From NCBI RefSeq assembly GCF_000315625.1, contig NW_005434656.1:62001-126000 (forward strand): a DNA stretch of 64,000 nt, in the 5' to 3' direction. The translations under genes and the position numbers were made by a program. Position 1 is the first letter of the stretch, and each line of letters starts with the position of its first letter. Positions 36,601-50,307 of the stretch are shown in pieces. Below the pieces are notes generated by a model that made no database searches, was not told the DNA's origin, and was given only the letters and a program-made list of their open reading frames with translations. Origin of the DNA: Guillardia theta CCMP2712 (lineage: Eukaryota; Protista; Cryptophyta).

Positions 36601-39600
36601 CGGTCGGTCAAGGAAGGGAAGGCAGGAACAGTCGAGGCTGGACCTGACGATGGAGCTAGAGATGGAGGCGGTACTAGGCCGTCGACTGCCTTCTCTGCCT
36701 GGACCAAAAGCTCGGGAGAGGAAGAGGAGGAAGAGGAGATTCTATCTCTTATGCTGAAGAAACCTCAGAAGCTTGATCCTCTCTCCTTCTCGGTCAAAGT
36801 TGAGCTCAACAACAGCACAAGGATCCGAGCAGAAGCAGGAGGCGGGGAGGGAAGAGAAGAAGGAAACGAGGGAGGAGGAGGAGATCTCGTGCATGGTCTG
36901 TCGCTGAGAGAGGTCCTGTCGCTGAGGTATCAGGTCTTGAGCATGTTTCAACTTCACGTCCCCGGCGCCATGAGGCAACTCTTAAAGATCTTGAGGGAGA
37001 AACTCAAGAGAAAGTCAGCCGGGTACAGACAAGTGAAGGAGACCTACTGGATGTTGGAGGCTGCGGTGACGCTGGTGAAGGGCATGGCGGCGTTTGTGGT
37101 CTCAGACGTTCACCATCGAGACGATCTCTTCGGCCCCAACTGGTACGACGTGGAGGAGGTGGAGGGGTTGGTGGAGGCAGGAGCACAGCTCGAGGAGGAG
37201 GCGAGGAGGCGGGTGGGAACATGGACAGCGTATGAGAGAGGGAGGATGGTCGTCGTAGAGAGAGTTAGCTGCTCTTCCATATTCCTTGCCATCTTTCTGC
37301 TGCATGTCGACGACAAGTTCGGTCGTTGGATGGTAAGGGCGCAGCTCAACAACCTCAGCGACTTGTTGCATCGAGGAGACGATGAGATGAGGTTCCTTGC
37401 AGTGAGATGCTTGCACGAGATCACGAAGAGGTACCGGACAAGCATACAGCCTTCCTACATCTCTGCAGTCGTCATGCAAGCTGCCAAGTTTGTGACAGAC
37501 GACACGAGGGTTGAACGATCTCTGACGATGTTCAGAGACAGCATTAGAGTGAGCAGTGTCATGTTTGAGATCGTCATGTTGTAACCAACATGTCACAGAG
37601 GGACGAAGGATGTTCTCATAACCTGAAGAAGATCAATCTCAGTGAGCTCATCGTCAGGATCAAGATCGACGAGCTGGAAGAAACCTTGTCAGCCGCGCAC
37701 TCGTGCGGTGACGTGAAGATCCAAACAATCAAACTCCTTCAGAACCTCTTCTGCTCGGTTGCCCTCTTCCTCCTCCTCCTGTCCTGTCCTGTCCTGTCCT
37801 CTCTCCTCCTCTCCTCTCCTCTCCTCTCCTCTCCTTTTCACACTGTCTTTGCAGAGACCAAGGTTGCACCTCCCTTGGACTGCTCTCCTCGAAGATCTCT
37901 GCCTCCTCCTCCGTTCCAACAACTCCCTCCTCGCTGTGGAGACTTCAAACGCGCTGGCCGCCATGTTAGCATGCGACTTTGCAGGCAAGACAATGTCACG
38001 AGGGGCCCGCTGTCTCACTCTCCTGCTCTTGTAGACGTTCAAGTCACAGCCTCCTGTGCCAAGGGGATGCCGCAGGTAGAGCGATGGGCCGTTAGCAACG
38101 TCATGTGCCAGCTACGAGGATCTGATCAACACACGGACACCTGCCGATCGATGGAGCCTGTCTGGTTGCAGAACAATCAACTTCACCAGCAAGTGAACGA
38201 CTACAAGGCTGCCGTTATGCTCGATCTGGTTCATGCTGGTTCAAGTAACCAAGTGACCATTGGGAGCGTCCTGCTACCCGTCCACCAGCTGCATGCTGCG
38301 GTGGCGAGGCGAAAGACGACGGGGTTTGTGGTGACGGGGAGGAGAGGCAAAACAGCAGGAGGGGATTACATTGCCGTGTCCTCCAAGACCGAAGTCGTGA
38401 TGGAGAGATGGTTCGAGATCGACAAGGAAGGGAACCAGGTCAGCGGCTACTTCGGACGCTTCACAGGGTTCGGACAGGGCGGGGAGATAGTGGGGATGAA
38501 GAAATGTCAGAGTGAGATCTTTCTCAAGATCAAGTACCTTCTACACATTCAGGTACAAAGAAGAGAATTTCTTTTGCGGGAGTGAGGGAGGAAGGTGAAT
38601 TCGTGTCAGGTTGCAGATGTTGTTGAGCGGAGCCTGTGGATTGCAATCTTTCTTGTGGAGGGTTTTCTGCTGTCGGACGAGAGTGGCAGGAGATTGGCAG
38701 GGTCAAAGCTGCTCACTAGCGCGCTGAAACATTCAGGTGAACATGCATGAAGTGAGGAGGAAAGTCTGTACAGCAGAGGATGTGTAGTAGAAGATGAAAG
38801 ATTTCAATGTTGAAGGTGTGAGATGTCAACATGATGAAGACCTCAACACGATGAGGATGAAACGGCTGAGAGATGTGAAAGTCATTTAACTATTGATCAC
38901 CAGATGAGTTTTGTTCTGTCCTCGCACACCTACCGTCGTTCTCCCTCGCAGTTGCCCTCCTCCTCAGGAGTGAAAACTTCCAAGAAAGGAAATGCACGAA
39001 AGAAAACTTGACTAGGATGCCTGACGTTGTCAAACAGGCTCAACGCACTTCACATGCTGCTGGAAGTTACCAACAGGAACGATCTCTATCAGCTTCTTGC
39101 CTTCTTCTTTGAACCGAATCTCGTGCAAGAGCTTTCCAGGTCCCCTCCAACCTTGTTCTTCCTCTCCTTACCCGCCTGATCGTCGCAGCCTCCTCGCTCT
39201 TCTCTCTCAGCATGTCAGCAGCAACAAGTTTGCGTCCTCCCATGAGCTCCAGGATCTCAGCGTGAAGGGCGAGAACCTACTCGCGGCGCTGAAGCTGGCA
39301 TGGAAGAAGGTGCCGATGGCGACAAAGATGCGATTCAATGTCGACACTTGCAAGACACCAGATGCTCTCTTGTATGCTCCTGATGGTCTGCGGGGTAAGA
39401 TGAGAGCTGGGGAGGAAGAGAATGGTAGTGATGGAGGGTCAAGAGGAGCGATGGATGAGTTAGATGTTGAGCAGTTGCACATGTCATGGAGATTTTGCTC
39501 TTTCGGGCAGTTGACGGTGACAACTTGGACAGATGCATGGTTGTTTGCAAACGCAATCGTTGGCGACATCTTTGATGAGAAGGAGCAAGAAGAGATAAAT

Positions 39601-40104
39601 CCCAGTGAGCTCAATATCTCTACTCCTCTCTCCTCTCTCCTCTCGTCCACCCTCCCCATCGCTCCCTCTCCTCCCTGCTTCACATTTTCTCCCTCACTTG
39701 CTCTCCTTACGACGTGCCCTGACCTTCTTGCAGATCGCAGCAGCCATCTGCTCCTATCCCTCGACCTCGGTCGCGTGGGAACGAGCAAGGAGGAGCAGGA
39801 GGAGGAGGGGGCGTCTGCTCTGTCTCCTGCTAGCTCGGTAGGGGTGATAGAGGAGGAGGCGACCGTGACTTCACCACAGGCTTACCTTGTCTCCGATGTG
39901 TCACGAGCTTCGACTATCAAGGAGCTGCTGGCCCGCGTCAAAGGAGCAGGAGGAGCAGGAGCAGGAGGGCTCCTCACAGGGCGGAAGAAACTTCGGAAGA
40001 AGGTCACAAAGACAAAGAAGACGATGGCGAAGACGATTCAGTTCTCAGAAACTCCTTCCTCCCCCTCGCGCTTCAAGACCTCCAAACCCAAGACTGCCGT
40101 CTGA
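33639..40104 (+). CDS. Large protein with IQ-like motifs, ARM/HEAT-like helical region and a C2 domain, spliced
   Basis: IQ-like RVQQVWRRR and TLQAHVR; Leu-rich helical 828-aa ORF; C2-like VTASCAKGMP...EPVW...IGSVLLPV...ERWFEI...IFLKIKY. Confidence 0.6.
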
Positions 40105-40569
40105 CAACCGCGGAAACAAGAGGACCAGGGAAGAGATGGAGGAGACGAATGGAGAGGAGACAGCAGCAGCAGCAGCAGCAGCAGCAGGAGCAGCAGCAGC
40201 AGCAACAACATGCTACAGACACTGCGTGAGAGCATGTCAAAGGGGTAGAGACGGAGGGACGAAATGGAAGAACAGGGGCGAACTTATTGCAAAGAGTCAC
40301 AAGTGTACACATAGAAAATCAGTGCAAGGTGGAAATGGTCAAGGGGAGGAAAGCAGAGGAAAGGAGAAAAAAAGAGCTAAAAGTAGAATTGACACCTATA
40401 CAACTAAATGTACATGTATTTAGAAATCACAGTCCATCTCCATCCTCCCCCTCCGTCCCCTCCCACCTTCTTACTTCTTGTCTCCTATCGCCTTCTACTA
40501 CATCAGCTTCCACACTCCTCCTCCTCCTCCTCCTGTCATCCCCACCCCTTGTTCCTCTTCTTCCTCTTC

Positions 40570-42396
40570 TTATCTTGTCCATCCGTCTTCTACTCGCACA
40601 GGAATCGGCTCAGGCACGAGATACTCCGGTCCAATCGACAGAGCTCCAAGTCCTCCTGCTTCCAACTTCAGTAACTGTCAAGAAAAGGGGGGAGGATGCA
40701 GGAATGGGGTGGGAAGGAGAGGTGAAGAGCTAAGGAAGGACAAGGATGAAGGGAAGAAACTAGGATCAGAGAGAGGCAGGAGTAGAGGGAGGGCAGAGGG
40801 GAGGAGGAGGAGGAGGAGGAGGAGGAGGAGGAGGAGGAGCAGCAGCAGCAGCAGCAGAGGTGAAAAGTAGCGTCTGACCGCCGCGCCAGTCATCCGGGTC
40901 GACGCAGAAGCGAGCGATAATGAAGTCAACGCATCTCAAAGGAAAGTTGTATCCTCCTGGATTGCAGTCGTAGTCCTCCTGATAAGACTCGATCGTCATA
41001 TCACGACCCTCTCGCCCCTCCCCACCTCTTGCTGCTCCTCCCTCTCCTCCCTCTCGTATCTTCCTCCTCCTCGTCTGTCGTTCATTATCCTTTCCGTCCC
41101 TTCTGTCCTCTCTCTTCTGCCCCCCCCCCCGTCTCCTTCCTCCTCTTCCTCCTCTTCCTGTCTCACCTTGCACTGCTTCGGTAGCTTCTTCACATTCTCC
41201 TTCCCTAGAATCGCTCCGAGCAGCTGCGCTCCCACCCCCTCGTCGTTGTCTCCGCCGGGGGGTCCAGGAAGAGTCTTGGTAGACTCCAGGTAGAGGGTAG
41301 GCTGGAGGGCAGCGGGTGGGTGGTAGAAGCTCGGGACCCCCCTAACAAACTCCGGGGTCCTCCTTACGGGTAGAAGTTCCCGCAAACTTTCAAGAAACGG
41401 ATAATTGGTCGGCGAGGTAACCTGGAAATAACATGGGAAATCAATCCTTGACCTGATTCAGCAATTTCCCATCTTCAGCATTCAGTCCTCTCCCTCGCGC
41501 CCCATTAATCATTAGGTTGCTCCATACCAACTCCCAACTCCCTCCTCCCTCCTCCCTCCCCCCTCTTGCGCCTCACTTTACCTCGATCTCATGAAGTAAA
41601 ATCTCAGCCTTTGCGTTCAAGGTATAGGAACTGATGCCTTCAACCACCAAGGGAGATTTTCGGCCTACAACCACCCTCAGCTTCTGACCCCAACGCTCCT
41701 CCTCCACCAACCTGTGTGCCCTCCAACCATTCTCTTCTGCACCTCGAAGAACTCCTTGGAGCTGATCACGCCATCCCCGTTCGAGTCCACCCAACGGAAG
41801 ATGTCCTTGAGCGTCGACATCCCCGAGAACCTCGGGAAGAAGTCGATCCTCCAGCGGATCTTGATCTTGTTCTTGCACAGCCCGTACTTGTCCATCAACA
41901 CCGCAGACACTTCGCATCTTGAGAAGAGAACGTTGGCAAGGCTGGGAACGATGGAGAAGAAGGCTCGGTAAGCTCCGATCCCTTCGATGCTGAACCCCTG
42001 TGTATCCCGCAGGGTGATGGACGGGTGGAAAATGCTGAAATCACAGGACTCGGTGAAGATGGTGGGGTAGTCCGACAGCAAGGTGTCAACTGCCTTCCCC
42101 CTGTTCAGCTCGAACTCCTGCTTCAGCTTGTCCTCTGCTCCTCCAGACAGCGAAAGACCAAAAGTTTGAACGCGGTCTTGCTCAACAACCCGTTCGGCAA
42201 GGCTGCTGACGGAGTTCAGACCGTGGTTCACGTTCCTTAGCCTCTTGCTTGCAAGTATGTTCACATTCACAAGTTTTACGTTCTTTGATGCCAGGGATGC
42301 GGGCGGAAGGGCGATGAACCCTGCGACGGGGACATCGATGAAGAGTAGAAGAAGGCTGATGACGTGGGCATGAAGAGTCGATAGTTTGCGCAGCAT
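40570..42396 (-). CDS. Plastid-targeted DUF2358/SnoaL-like protein with inserted EF-hand and Cys-rich C-terminal module, spliced
   Basis: Signal ...LLLLFIDVPVAG|FIALPP; GKAVDTLLSDYPTIF...DFSIFHPSITLRD...IKIRWRI...VEGISSYTLN...HEIE; EF-hand DSNGDGVISSKEF; tail QCK|EDYDCN...PLRCVDFIIARFC. Confidence 0.75.
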
Positions 42397-43420
42397 CAAA
42401 CGTTTATATCTGTACCTGATAGTCAGCAGCCGAACGATGCAGCAAGCATGTAATCTTGTCCCTACAGTCTCCTTGTAGTCATTCTCGCTGTATCTTCCCA
42501 CTAATCTTTCATCGTCCCACTGTGGCCTTCTGACTAGTTTTGCACGTGTCAATAGGAAAATCCGATCTACTCGTTTTCATTCCACATTCGGTCTACTGTG
42601 CATACTTCTCTGCCTACATTACAAAGTTATTCCCTATCTTCAAGGCTTCACTTCTTCTGAGTCGAATTTTATCTTCTAGCTGTGAACAAGACTTCTTTTC
42701 TCTCATTTTGTCTCATCGATTGCTCCTTCTAAATCTTCATGCTTGCTTCTTCTATCATCTTTCTCTTCTTCTTTCAACTCTTTCATTTGAAATCTCCTGG
42801 GCCTCCTTTCTGCTATCTCCTTCTGCTCCTCCCTCGTCCTCTTGTCATGGTTTTCTACATTTTTTGCGCGCTAGATATAAAGGGGCCAAAAAAGAAAATA
42901 CCCCCTGAGATCCCTCGACCCCTCTCATATGGACCCCTTTCTTTGTAGCAAAATTGCTTCATAATTCCATGGGTGGGTGTTCACTTGTGGGGTGGGTGGT
43001 AAGGAAGGGACCTTGTGATGTGTAAAAGGAAGGATGAACTAAAAAAAACATTTGGATCATTTGAATTCAATTTCAATATGATTTTCGTGTTATCTTCAAC
43101 ATAGACAAAAATATTCAAATTTGAGTGAGAAACTTTGATTTCTTTGGAACCGCAAGAGAGCAGTGAAAATGCTGAGAAAGCAGTAGAGCAGGAGGAGCGG
43201 GAGGAGCGGGAGGAAAAGGAGGAGGATCGATATCCAAAATTTCCGTCTTGGAGTTGAAAATGAAATGAATGGACATGTTTAGAATTGTTCACGTTCATAA
43301 AGTTTGAGAAAATCCAAGGGTTGAGAGCATGAGAAAAAGCAAAAGAGAGTCGAAGATGAAAGGATTAGCGTTTGGTCGTTTTCTTCTCAAAGACTAACTC
43401 GTCTGGTCTGCTTAGACAGC

Positions 43421-45004
43421 ATGCCCAAGTTCAGATATGAAGCCGGCGAAGGAGTCTTTTACAAAGTCGATGACTTTTCCGGCGATGCGGATATCTTCTT
43501 TCTGACGTGATCAAATTTGCTAAGATGACTTTTATTATTAACCCTGATTGCAGGCATATCCACAACGATCACCTGGGAGGACTTCATGACAGTTGGTGTA
43601 GAGGAAGAATTTGCTGCTCGAAGCAAACACTTTCCCTGCTGAAAACTAAGTTCAAAGGCCTAAGCAGTTCAAATTTCGAGATCGTGGAGATGAATCGATC
43701 ACACATCATACGCATCAACTCCAAAGTCGCCTTATCCATTGTCGCCATCAACGCCAACCACACGCCTGGAAGCGTCATGTTTCATGTATCTGGAGGTTTT
43801 GGCAACCGCCTGCACTCGGGGGATTTCAGATACGACCCTAAGATTCACACCACCGAGAACTTCCCGTGCTTGGGGCGAGTGGACGAACTGTACCTTGACA
43901 CAACGCTGTTTCATCCCTCCTGGTCTTTTTCTCTGACCAAGGAGCAATCGTGTGAAATCATCGTGAACATCATCAGGGACTTTGGATTGGATCGGGAGAT
44001 ACACCTGGTCCTGGATTACTTCGGCCAAGAAAGTATTATCAAAGCGATCTACAAGGCATTTGAGGAAAAGATCTTCTTGAACCTTGATGCCAATCTCAAT
44101 GCTCAGACTCGACATGTGTGGACAGCATGGTCGCGGTCCAGTCACCTGAAGCACGCTTTAACCACAAGCAAGGATTGCTCTACTAGATTTCATGCCTGCT
44201 CGACTCGTCGGCCAAGACCAAACTCCAACCAGGTCACATCGAATGAAGAAGAGAATTGCACAGTCTATATGGTCAAGAAGACTTTCTGCATGCAGCAAAA
44301 CCAGAAATTTCCTATCATTATTCGGCCTTCTACGTTAGCTTTTTGCCGTACAGACTGTGAACAAGAAAATGATGAATTTTTGAAGAATGGCCACATAGTA
44401 CGTGTATGCTTCGAAGATGGAAGACTGGACCATAATGGTGAGTTCTCTCGAATATCTGACTACTTGAATTGTCTGATTTCTCTGTCTAGGAATTTTCAGA
44501 GTTTTCTACTCTATGCATGCAACGCATTCGGAGCTGTGCAGCTTCTATGACGTCACGGGGAAACCAGCACAAGTGTACCAGGCGATGCCTGGCCAGGCGC
44601 CGGAGAGAATAGCGAATGAGAAGCTCGAGGATTCCTTGGAGATGTCAAAGTACTCTCATGGCTTCAACCCGAGGCTGCGGACAAGCAGCGACGGGACCAA
44701 CTTTCTTTACGGAGTGATCGATTTTGACAAAGAGAGCGTGAAAAAGATGCTCCAGCGGACCGAGAATCTTTACCGTGACTGGTTTGCGCGCACCTTCGTG
44801 CCCTCGGAGTTGACGTCAGTTGCCAAGGACCAGGCGCCAAGCAAGAAAGGAGCAGCAGCTGGAGCAAAAGCAATCCCTCATGACGACCCGAGGCCAGTTC
44901 GCTTCATTTCCCTCAAGGAGGCAGGCAGGCAGTATGCAAGACTCAAGTACCACGATCTCACCGAGCTTGATCAGTTCGAGAAGGAAAATGCTGTGAACCG
45001 ATGA
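43421..45004 (+). CDS. SNM1/Apollo/Artemis-family beta-CASP DNA-repair nuclease, spliced
   Basis: FFLTHIHNDHLGGL, ANHTPGSVMF, LHSGDFRY, LYLDTT, IIRPS, YSMHATHSEL. Confidence 0.88.
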
Positions 45005-45270
45005 CCAGTCACTGTTCTGCCACTCACTGTATATAGCCTAATGATTACTTCGAATGTAGATTATCTGCTATGTCAATTTTCTTTCATGTTATTGAAACCT
45101 CAGTTGCCGCCTGCCCTGTTTCGGTCAAACCATGTCAAGGTTGAAGGAACCACTAGGCCCGTCAAGTTGTGGCGGCACTGCGGGCCGGGGCGGGCCCCGA
45201 GCCGCCCGTCCTGCTCGCGGGCAACACCGCGCCACTAAACAAAATTCACACAGCGAGCCAGACAGCGAGC

Positions 45271-47339
45271 ATGGGGGAGGCTGCGGCGGCGCTTGCGGGG
45301 AAGCATGCAGGAGGGGACCTGGCAGATGCAGGGCTGGAATGGCTGAGAAGAGAGAGCAGTCGGATGGAAGATGAGTTACTGAATGACTTCGAGAAGCTGT
45401 CAAGGCTGAGGTCAGCAGGAGCCCTTGATGTTCTTAGCTTGCTGAGTTACCCCAGGATCGAGCTCAAGAGGACTACACTGCTCAGAGCGCAGCTGGACAA
45501 GGCCATCGCTTCTCTGGAGGTGAGATCTTGGTCTTTGATGACCTCTCTGGTTACGAAAGCGCATCAGGCACAGGATCAAGCCATCACAAATGAATTGAGT
45601 ACAAGAGGAACGCCCAATGCTTTCGCGGGTGTACATGCTAGTAAAGCAGATGCCCACAAGTCAAGTCAAACAACGCCCAACAACGCAGAGCAGAAGAATG
45701 ACAGCAGCTCCTCCACCGCCAGCACCGAGACAACCAAAGAGACATGCCCTGCTGGCCCATCCACCCAGAGAGGCACAGCCGTCACCACTATCCCAGTACC
45801 TTCAGTGCAACCAATGGCGGAGAGGACAGACGGATCGTCAGAGAATGACAGGTTAAAGGATAACGTATCTACGAGTGATCGAGATGCGGAGAATAAATCT
45901 GAAGCTGCAACGGCTGAGGCGTCTACCAGGAACAACATTCTTGGATCTGATCAGCCAAAACCTCTAGCGAATGACCAGAAATCCGAAACTGCCGCTGGAA
46001 CAGGAACAAATGACAACAAATCTAACGAGGAAACAAACAGGTATTGTGTGATGAATGTCTTGATTGTGAATCCGTTGCTGACATCTTATTGCTTCCCAAG
46101 CGAGGTGGTTGCAGAAGTCAAGAATCCAGCTCAACCTCCTGCACATCGGGAGCCCTCGAGCAATCAGGACCTGTCGGATATTCCGATTGTGCGGATGTTC
46201 TTTAGTTGAAAGACCGACTCTAACTCCTTCTGTCAGATTCTGTTTGCTGCACAACAGACGGGGGACATCAGTGAGAAAGTTGACGTTCGACCAGTGGACA
46301 AATATTTCGAAGCTATGGCAAGTACCATAGCACTTCAATACGCGAATACAAGGCCTAGAAACAAATTGAAAGTCAAGCCCATTCTGCTGCGGAACCTTCA
46401 GAAGAAGTTCGAAGAATTGTGGAAAGATTTAAACTTCAAGACACTTGGGTACCTTCTATCGACGAATGAAGAACAGATCATGACGTAACGTGGCAGATTT
46501 TCTTCGTTTAAAGAATTCTGTGAAGCAGCGCAGCGGGCTGGCGTCGTGCAGTTTGAAAACGAGGGCGCAAACCCATTCATCACCCCAGGAAGGTCAATCT
46601 CAGAGGACATCTCCGACTCCAGGAAAGAAGTTCTCTGGAAGCCAATCGCTTACGATGCTCGGATGCGATTCTCGGCCAAGGCACCTGCGGACACAGACGC
46701 TGTACACTTTCAGCTCAAGGTACGTCACGATGCTCTTGATTGCTGTGCTGCCGTGACATTTCTGACCTCCCGACAGGCGATATCTGAGCTTCCATTTCAC
46801 GAGGACGTTCAACGACCGAAAAAACCGATGAGGTGAGAAAGAAATCCTGCCCTTGGTCTCCTCACCTCGGACAACCCAGGGGGGGCAGCGGGATGCACTT
46901 CGTCCTCCCAGCAAGGAACTTGAGGCCTGGAACACACTGGCTGAGGCTGAGGATGGGGATTTCAGACGCCACTGTCAAGGATCATCGGCGATGGGGAGCA
47001 TGGAGCGAGCCCTTTGCCATTGCCGTCTCCAGTGATGGGACCATCCAAGAGGTCAAGGGGCGGCAGGAGCCGGTTGCACCAGCCAAGACGGCTCTGCAGG
47101 TCGGGGAAGTAGCTGAGATAAGGCGAGCTGGCGAGAACGGCCCCAGGAAAGCTGCGAGATCTACTTCTACGAGGGAGGTGGATGAGCTGAATCTCACAGC
47201 GCCGCCGGCGAAGAGGTGGGAGAGAGCTGAAAGTTCCGTTCGCTTCTCACGCTTCTTGATGTCGCAGGACCCGGTCGCAAGTGAATGCGTCCAAAACGAG
47301 CCTGAGCGGCGCCATGAAGTAGCTTCTTTTTGTAAATGA
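45271..47339 (+). CDS. Hypothetical protein with low-complexity linker and C-terminal FN3-like domain, spliced
   Basis: Long ORFs joined by GT-AG introns; EVLWKP...NLRPGTHWLRLRMG...WGAWSEP is FN3-like. Confidence 0.55.
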
Positions 47340-47995
47340 TCAAACTCCGATGTCGCCACCGTATTTTAGCACGGTTTCAGTGTGTCCGCAACTAATCAGA
47401 ACAGCGCGGCCGGGCCGATGCCGGCCCACCGTCGCGGCACTGCACGGGGTTCGAGCCTCGGAGTGCACTGCAGGCCACGGCCGGAACTTGACTCCAAGGC
47501 GGCCCGGGCCCGGCGGGATCCGATCACTGAACTACGAGGCCGCGGGGGCGGGGAGGCACCACGGTTTCGCTCAGCTGAAGGGGATGCGATGTTTGTGTAA
47601 CAGAAAAATTCGGGCGTAACTGACAATGCTGGTTGAGGCGCAGAGGAAGGGTTTAGTGGGGCGAGCAGGAAGGGGGAGGATGATGGGCAGAGACATGGGC
47701 GAAGACGAAGAGAGGAATGTAGAGAGGAAGAGATCGCGAGAGGTAGGCGGAGCATGCAGATCAGGGCAGGGGCAGGGAAAGAAGAGAGAATCGTCAAAAA
47801 CAAGGAATGCTGGCGGGGAAAGTCAGCGAGAGAGAAAGAGAGAGATTCTTATGCACAGAGGAAGCAACCTACAAGGCTGCTGTCTCTCGAGGCAGAGAGA
47901 CGAGATTGTTGAACATGTTGACATGTGAAATGGATGCGTCGCCACCGCTCCGAAGGTCATCACAGTCGGCGTGATTTGACTGGTTTCTTGCTCAG

Positions 47996-49228
47996 ATGGG
48001 GAATAATGCTGGCAAGACCGTCAAGTCAGCAGTAGGAAAAGCTCAAACAGTAGTGGAGGGAGGAATCCACGGCCTCTCGGCCTGCATGTCCAAGGATACG
48101 GGAGATATATCCGACATCAAGAAGTAAACATGGATTTCTCCGTGATCTTTCATTTCATGTCTTGCTATCCCTTGCTCGAGATTTTATGTTTGCCTTTCAC
48201 GAGCTGACTTGTATCGTGCAGAGAAACTCCTGTCACGATCGGCTTTCACGGCCCTGACATTCACTTCGACGACCTGAGGGTTTCCGGCAGCGGCGTTGCG
48301 CTCGCGTCAGAGTCAATATCACAGGTTCGTTCACTATGAGCGGAAGAAAGGAACTTCGACTGAGGGCCATGCAGGATAAAGCATACTTCGAGGTCAAGAT
48401 CGGTACAGCAAAGGAAATGCCCTCTTGCATACTCTGATGTTGCCGGTAGCGAAAGCGGAAGGCCGATGGGGTGTCGGCGTTTGTAAGCAGAGCGTTCACT
48501 GTGAGTTGATGGGGAAGAGCTGAGAGACCAATGTTTTGTCGCTTCATGACTGTTTTCTCTCCTCCTTCCCTCCTCTCCTTGTCTTTGCCTGTTCCTCTCC
48601 CTCTCTTGCCCGCGAGCTATCACCCTCATCGATCCGATGAACTCGTGCGATGCCTGCTGCTTGCTTCCTTGCTCACTTGGTTTTCCAGCTTCGGACGAGC
48701 TGAACGTGGAAGGAGAAGGATGGTGTCTGAGCTCTGGTACCCTCGTTGCTTCTTGCCACCTGCTCCTCACATGCTCCTGCTCCTGCTCAGTGCAACTTGA
48801 ATACGGTGAAGGAGACGTCATCGGAGTCACCTATGACCAGAGCATATTCCCCACTGCTTTGCGATTTTACCATAATGGTGAGTCGCGGGCATCGTTAGAG
48901 GAAGGAAGATGCGTTTGTCAGAGATGTTTCTTGTTAGCCCCTGAATGTCATGCAGGTGAAGTTTTAGAGGAGCTAACAATCACTAGCATTCGGGGAGAGG
49001 TGACAACAGCTCTCGTCTGCCAGTCTCTATCCCATGAGCAATGTCTTCAGGTCTTCCCGGCGGTACATGTCACAGACGGCGCAGTGGTGGACTGCGAGTT
49101 CGATGGGGAGAACGGGTTTGCGTGAGTTGGCGAGGTGAGGGATGGTCGACTTGTGTTTGAAGCTCTTCCGCAGTTATCCTCCTCCTGCGGGATTCACTGG
49201 GGTTGTGAGCATGAGAAGCGTGATGTAG
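47996..49228 (+). CDS. SPRYD7: SPRY domain-containing protein 7-like, spliced
   Basis: RVSGSGVALA...QDKAYFEVKI...WGVGV...EGDVIGVTYD...FYHNG...IRGEVFPAVHVTDGAVVDCEF...YPPPAGF. Confidence 0.8.
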
Positions 49229-49353
49229 ATCGGAACAAGCATCATGGTTTTCCTTTTCTTCAGAGGCGATCAGCCTTTTTTGTATTATTTGAATAGCTTT
49301 CGGAGAAACACGTTTTCTGGAGTTTGCACAACAGAATAAAACACACAGTCACT

Positions 49354-49804
49354 GGTATCTCGTCCCCTCCTTCTCCTACCCTCCCTTCTCGTCAGGTATC
49401 TCGTCCCCTCCTTCTCCTACCCTCCCTTCTCGTCAGGTGTCTCGTCCCCTCCTTCTCCTACCCTTCCTTCTCGTCAGGTATCTCGTCCCATCCTTCTCCT
49501 ACCCTCCCTTCTCGTCAGGTATCTCGTCCCCTCCTTCTCCTACCCTCCCTTCTCGTCAGGTGTCTCGTCCCCTCCTTCTCCTACCCTCCCTTCTCGTCAG
49601 GTATCTCGTCCCCTCCTTCTCCTACCCTTCCTTCTCGTCAGGTATCTCGTCCCCTCCTTCTCCTACCCTCCCTTCTCGTCAGGTGTCTCGTCCCCTCCTT
49701 CTCCTACCCTCCCTTCTCGTCAGGTATCTCGTCCCCTCCTTCTCCTACCCTCCCTTCTCGTCAGGTATCTCGTCCCCTCCTTCTCCTACCCTCCCTTCTC
49801 GTCA
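49354..49804. repeat. 41-bp minisatellite, 11 copies
   Basis: Unit ggtatctcgtcccctccttctcctaccctcccttctcgtca; 451 bp = 11 x 41, with few variants. Confidence 0.97.
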
Positions 49805-50307
49805 ACTTGCTCCCTCATACTCGCTCGGTCTGTTTGACTCTCCCTTCCTTTTCCCTTTCTCTCTTCCTTTTGCGTTTTCCTCCTTTTCCTCCCCAATCTC
49901 CTCTCCCTCACTCTTCCTCTCCCTCCCCTCCTTGCCTCCCTTCACCATCCCCTCCCTCCCCTCCCCCTCTCCATCTCCCTCCCCCTCCCCCTCCCCCTCT
50001 CCATCCCCACCTCGTTGCGACTCGAGGCATCGGGGATTTTTCAACGGTTTTTCATTCGTCATGGGACGGGAAAATTCGTAGCAGCGAGCGGGCAAGGGCG
50101 AGGAGGCTGAATGGCAGCAAGGGAGGGATTGGTGATGGGGGAGGACAGTTGGTAGGGAAGAGAGGGGGGGTAGGAGCAGAGGACAGGAAGGCGGGAACTG
50201 GAGGAAGGACTAGAGAAGGGGATAGAGGAGGAGCGATAGGAGAGGATAGAGGAGCGGGGAGCTAGTCCGAGGATGAGCTAGAGGACGGAGGTAAAGCTGT
50301 GCCTAAG

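Noticed and set aside
10259-45004. Functional link between the two metallo-beta-lactamase-fold genes
   Set aside because: Different families (lipid hydrolase versus DNA nuclease), more than 30 kb apart.
49354-49804. 41-bp array as a CRISPR array
   Set aside because: Units are contiguous with no unique spacers, there are no cas genes, and the context is eukaryotic.
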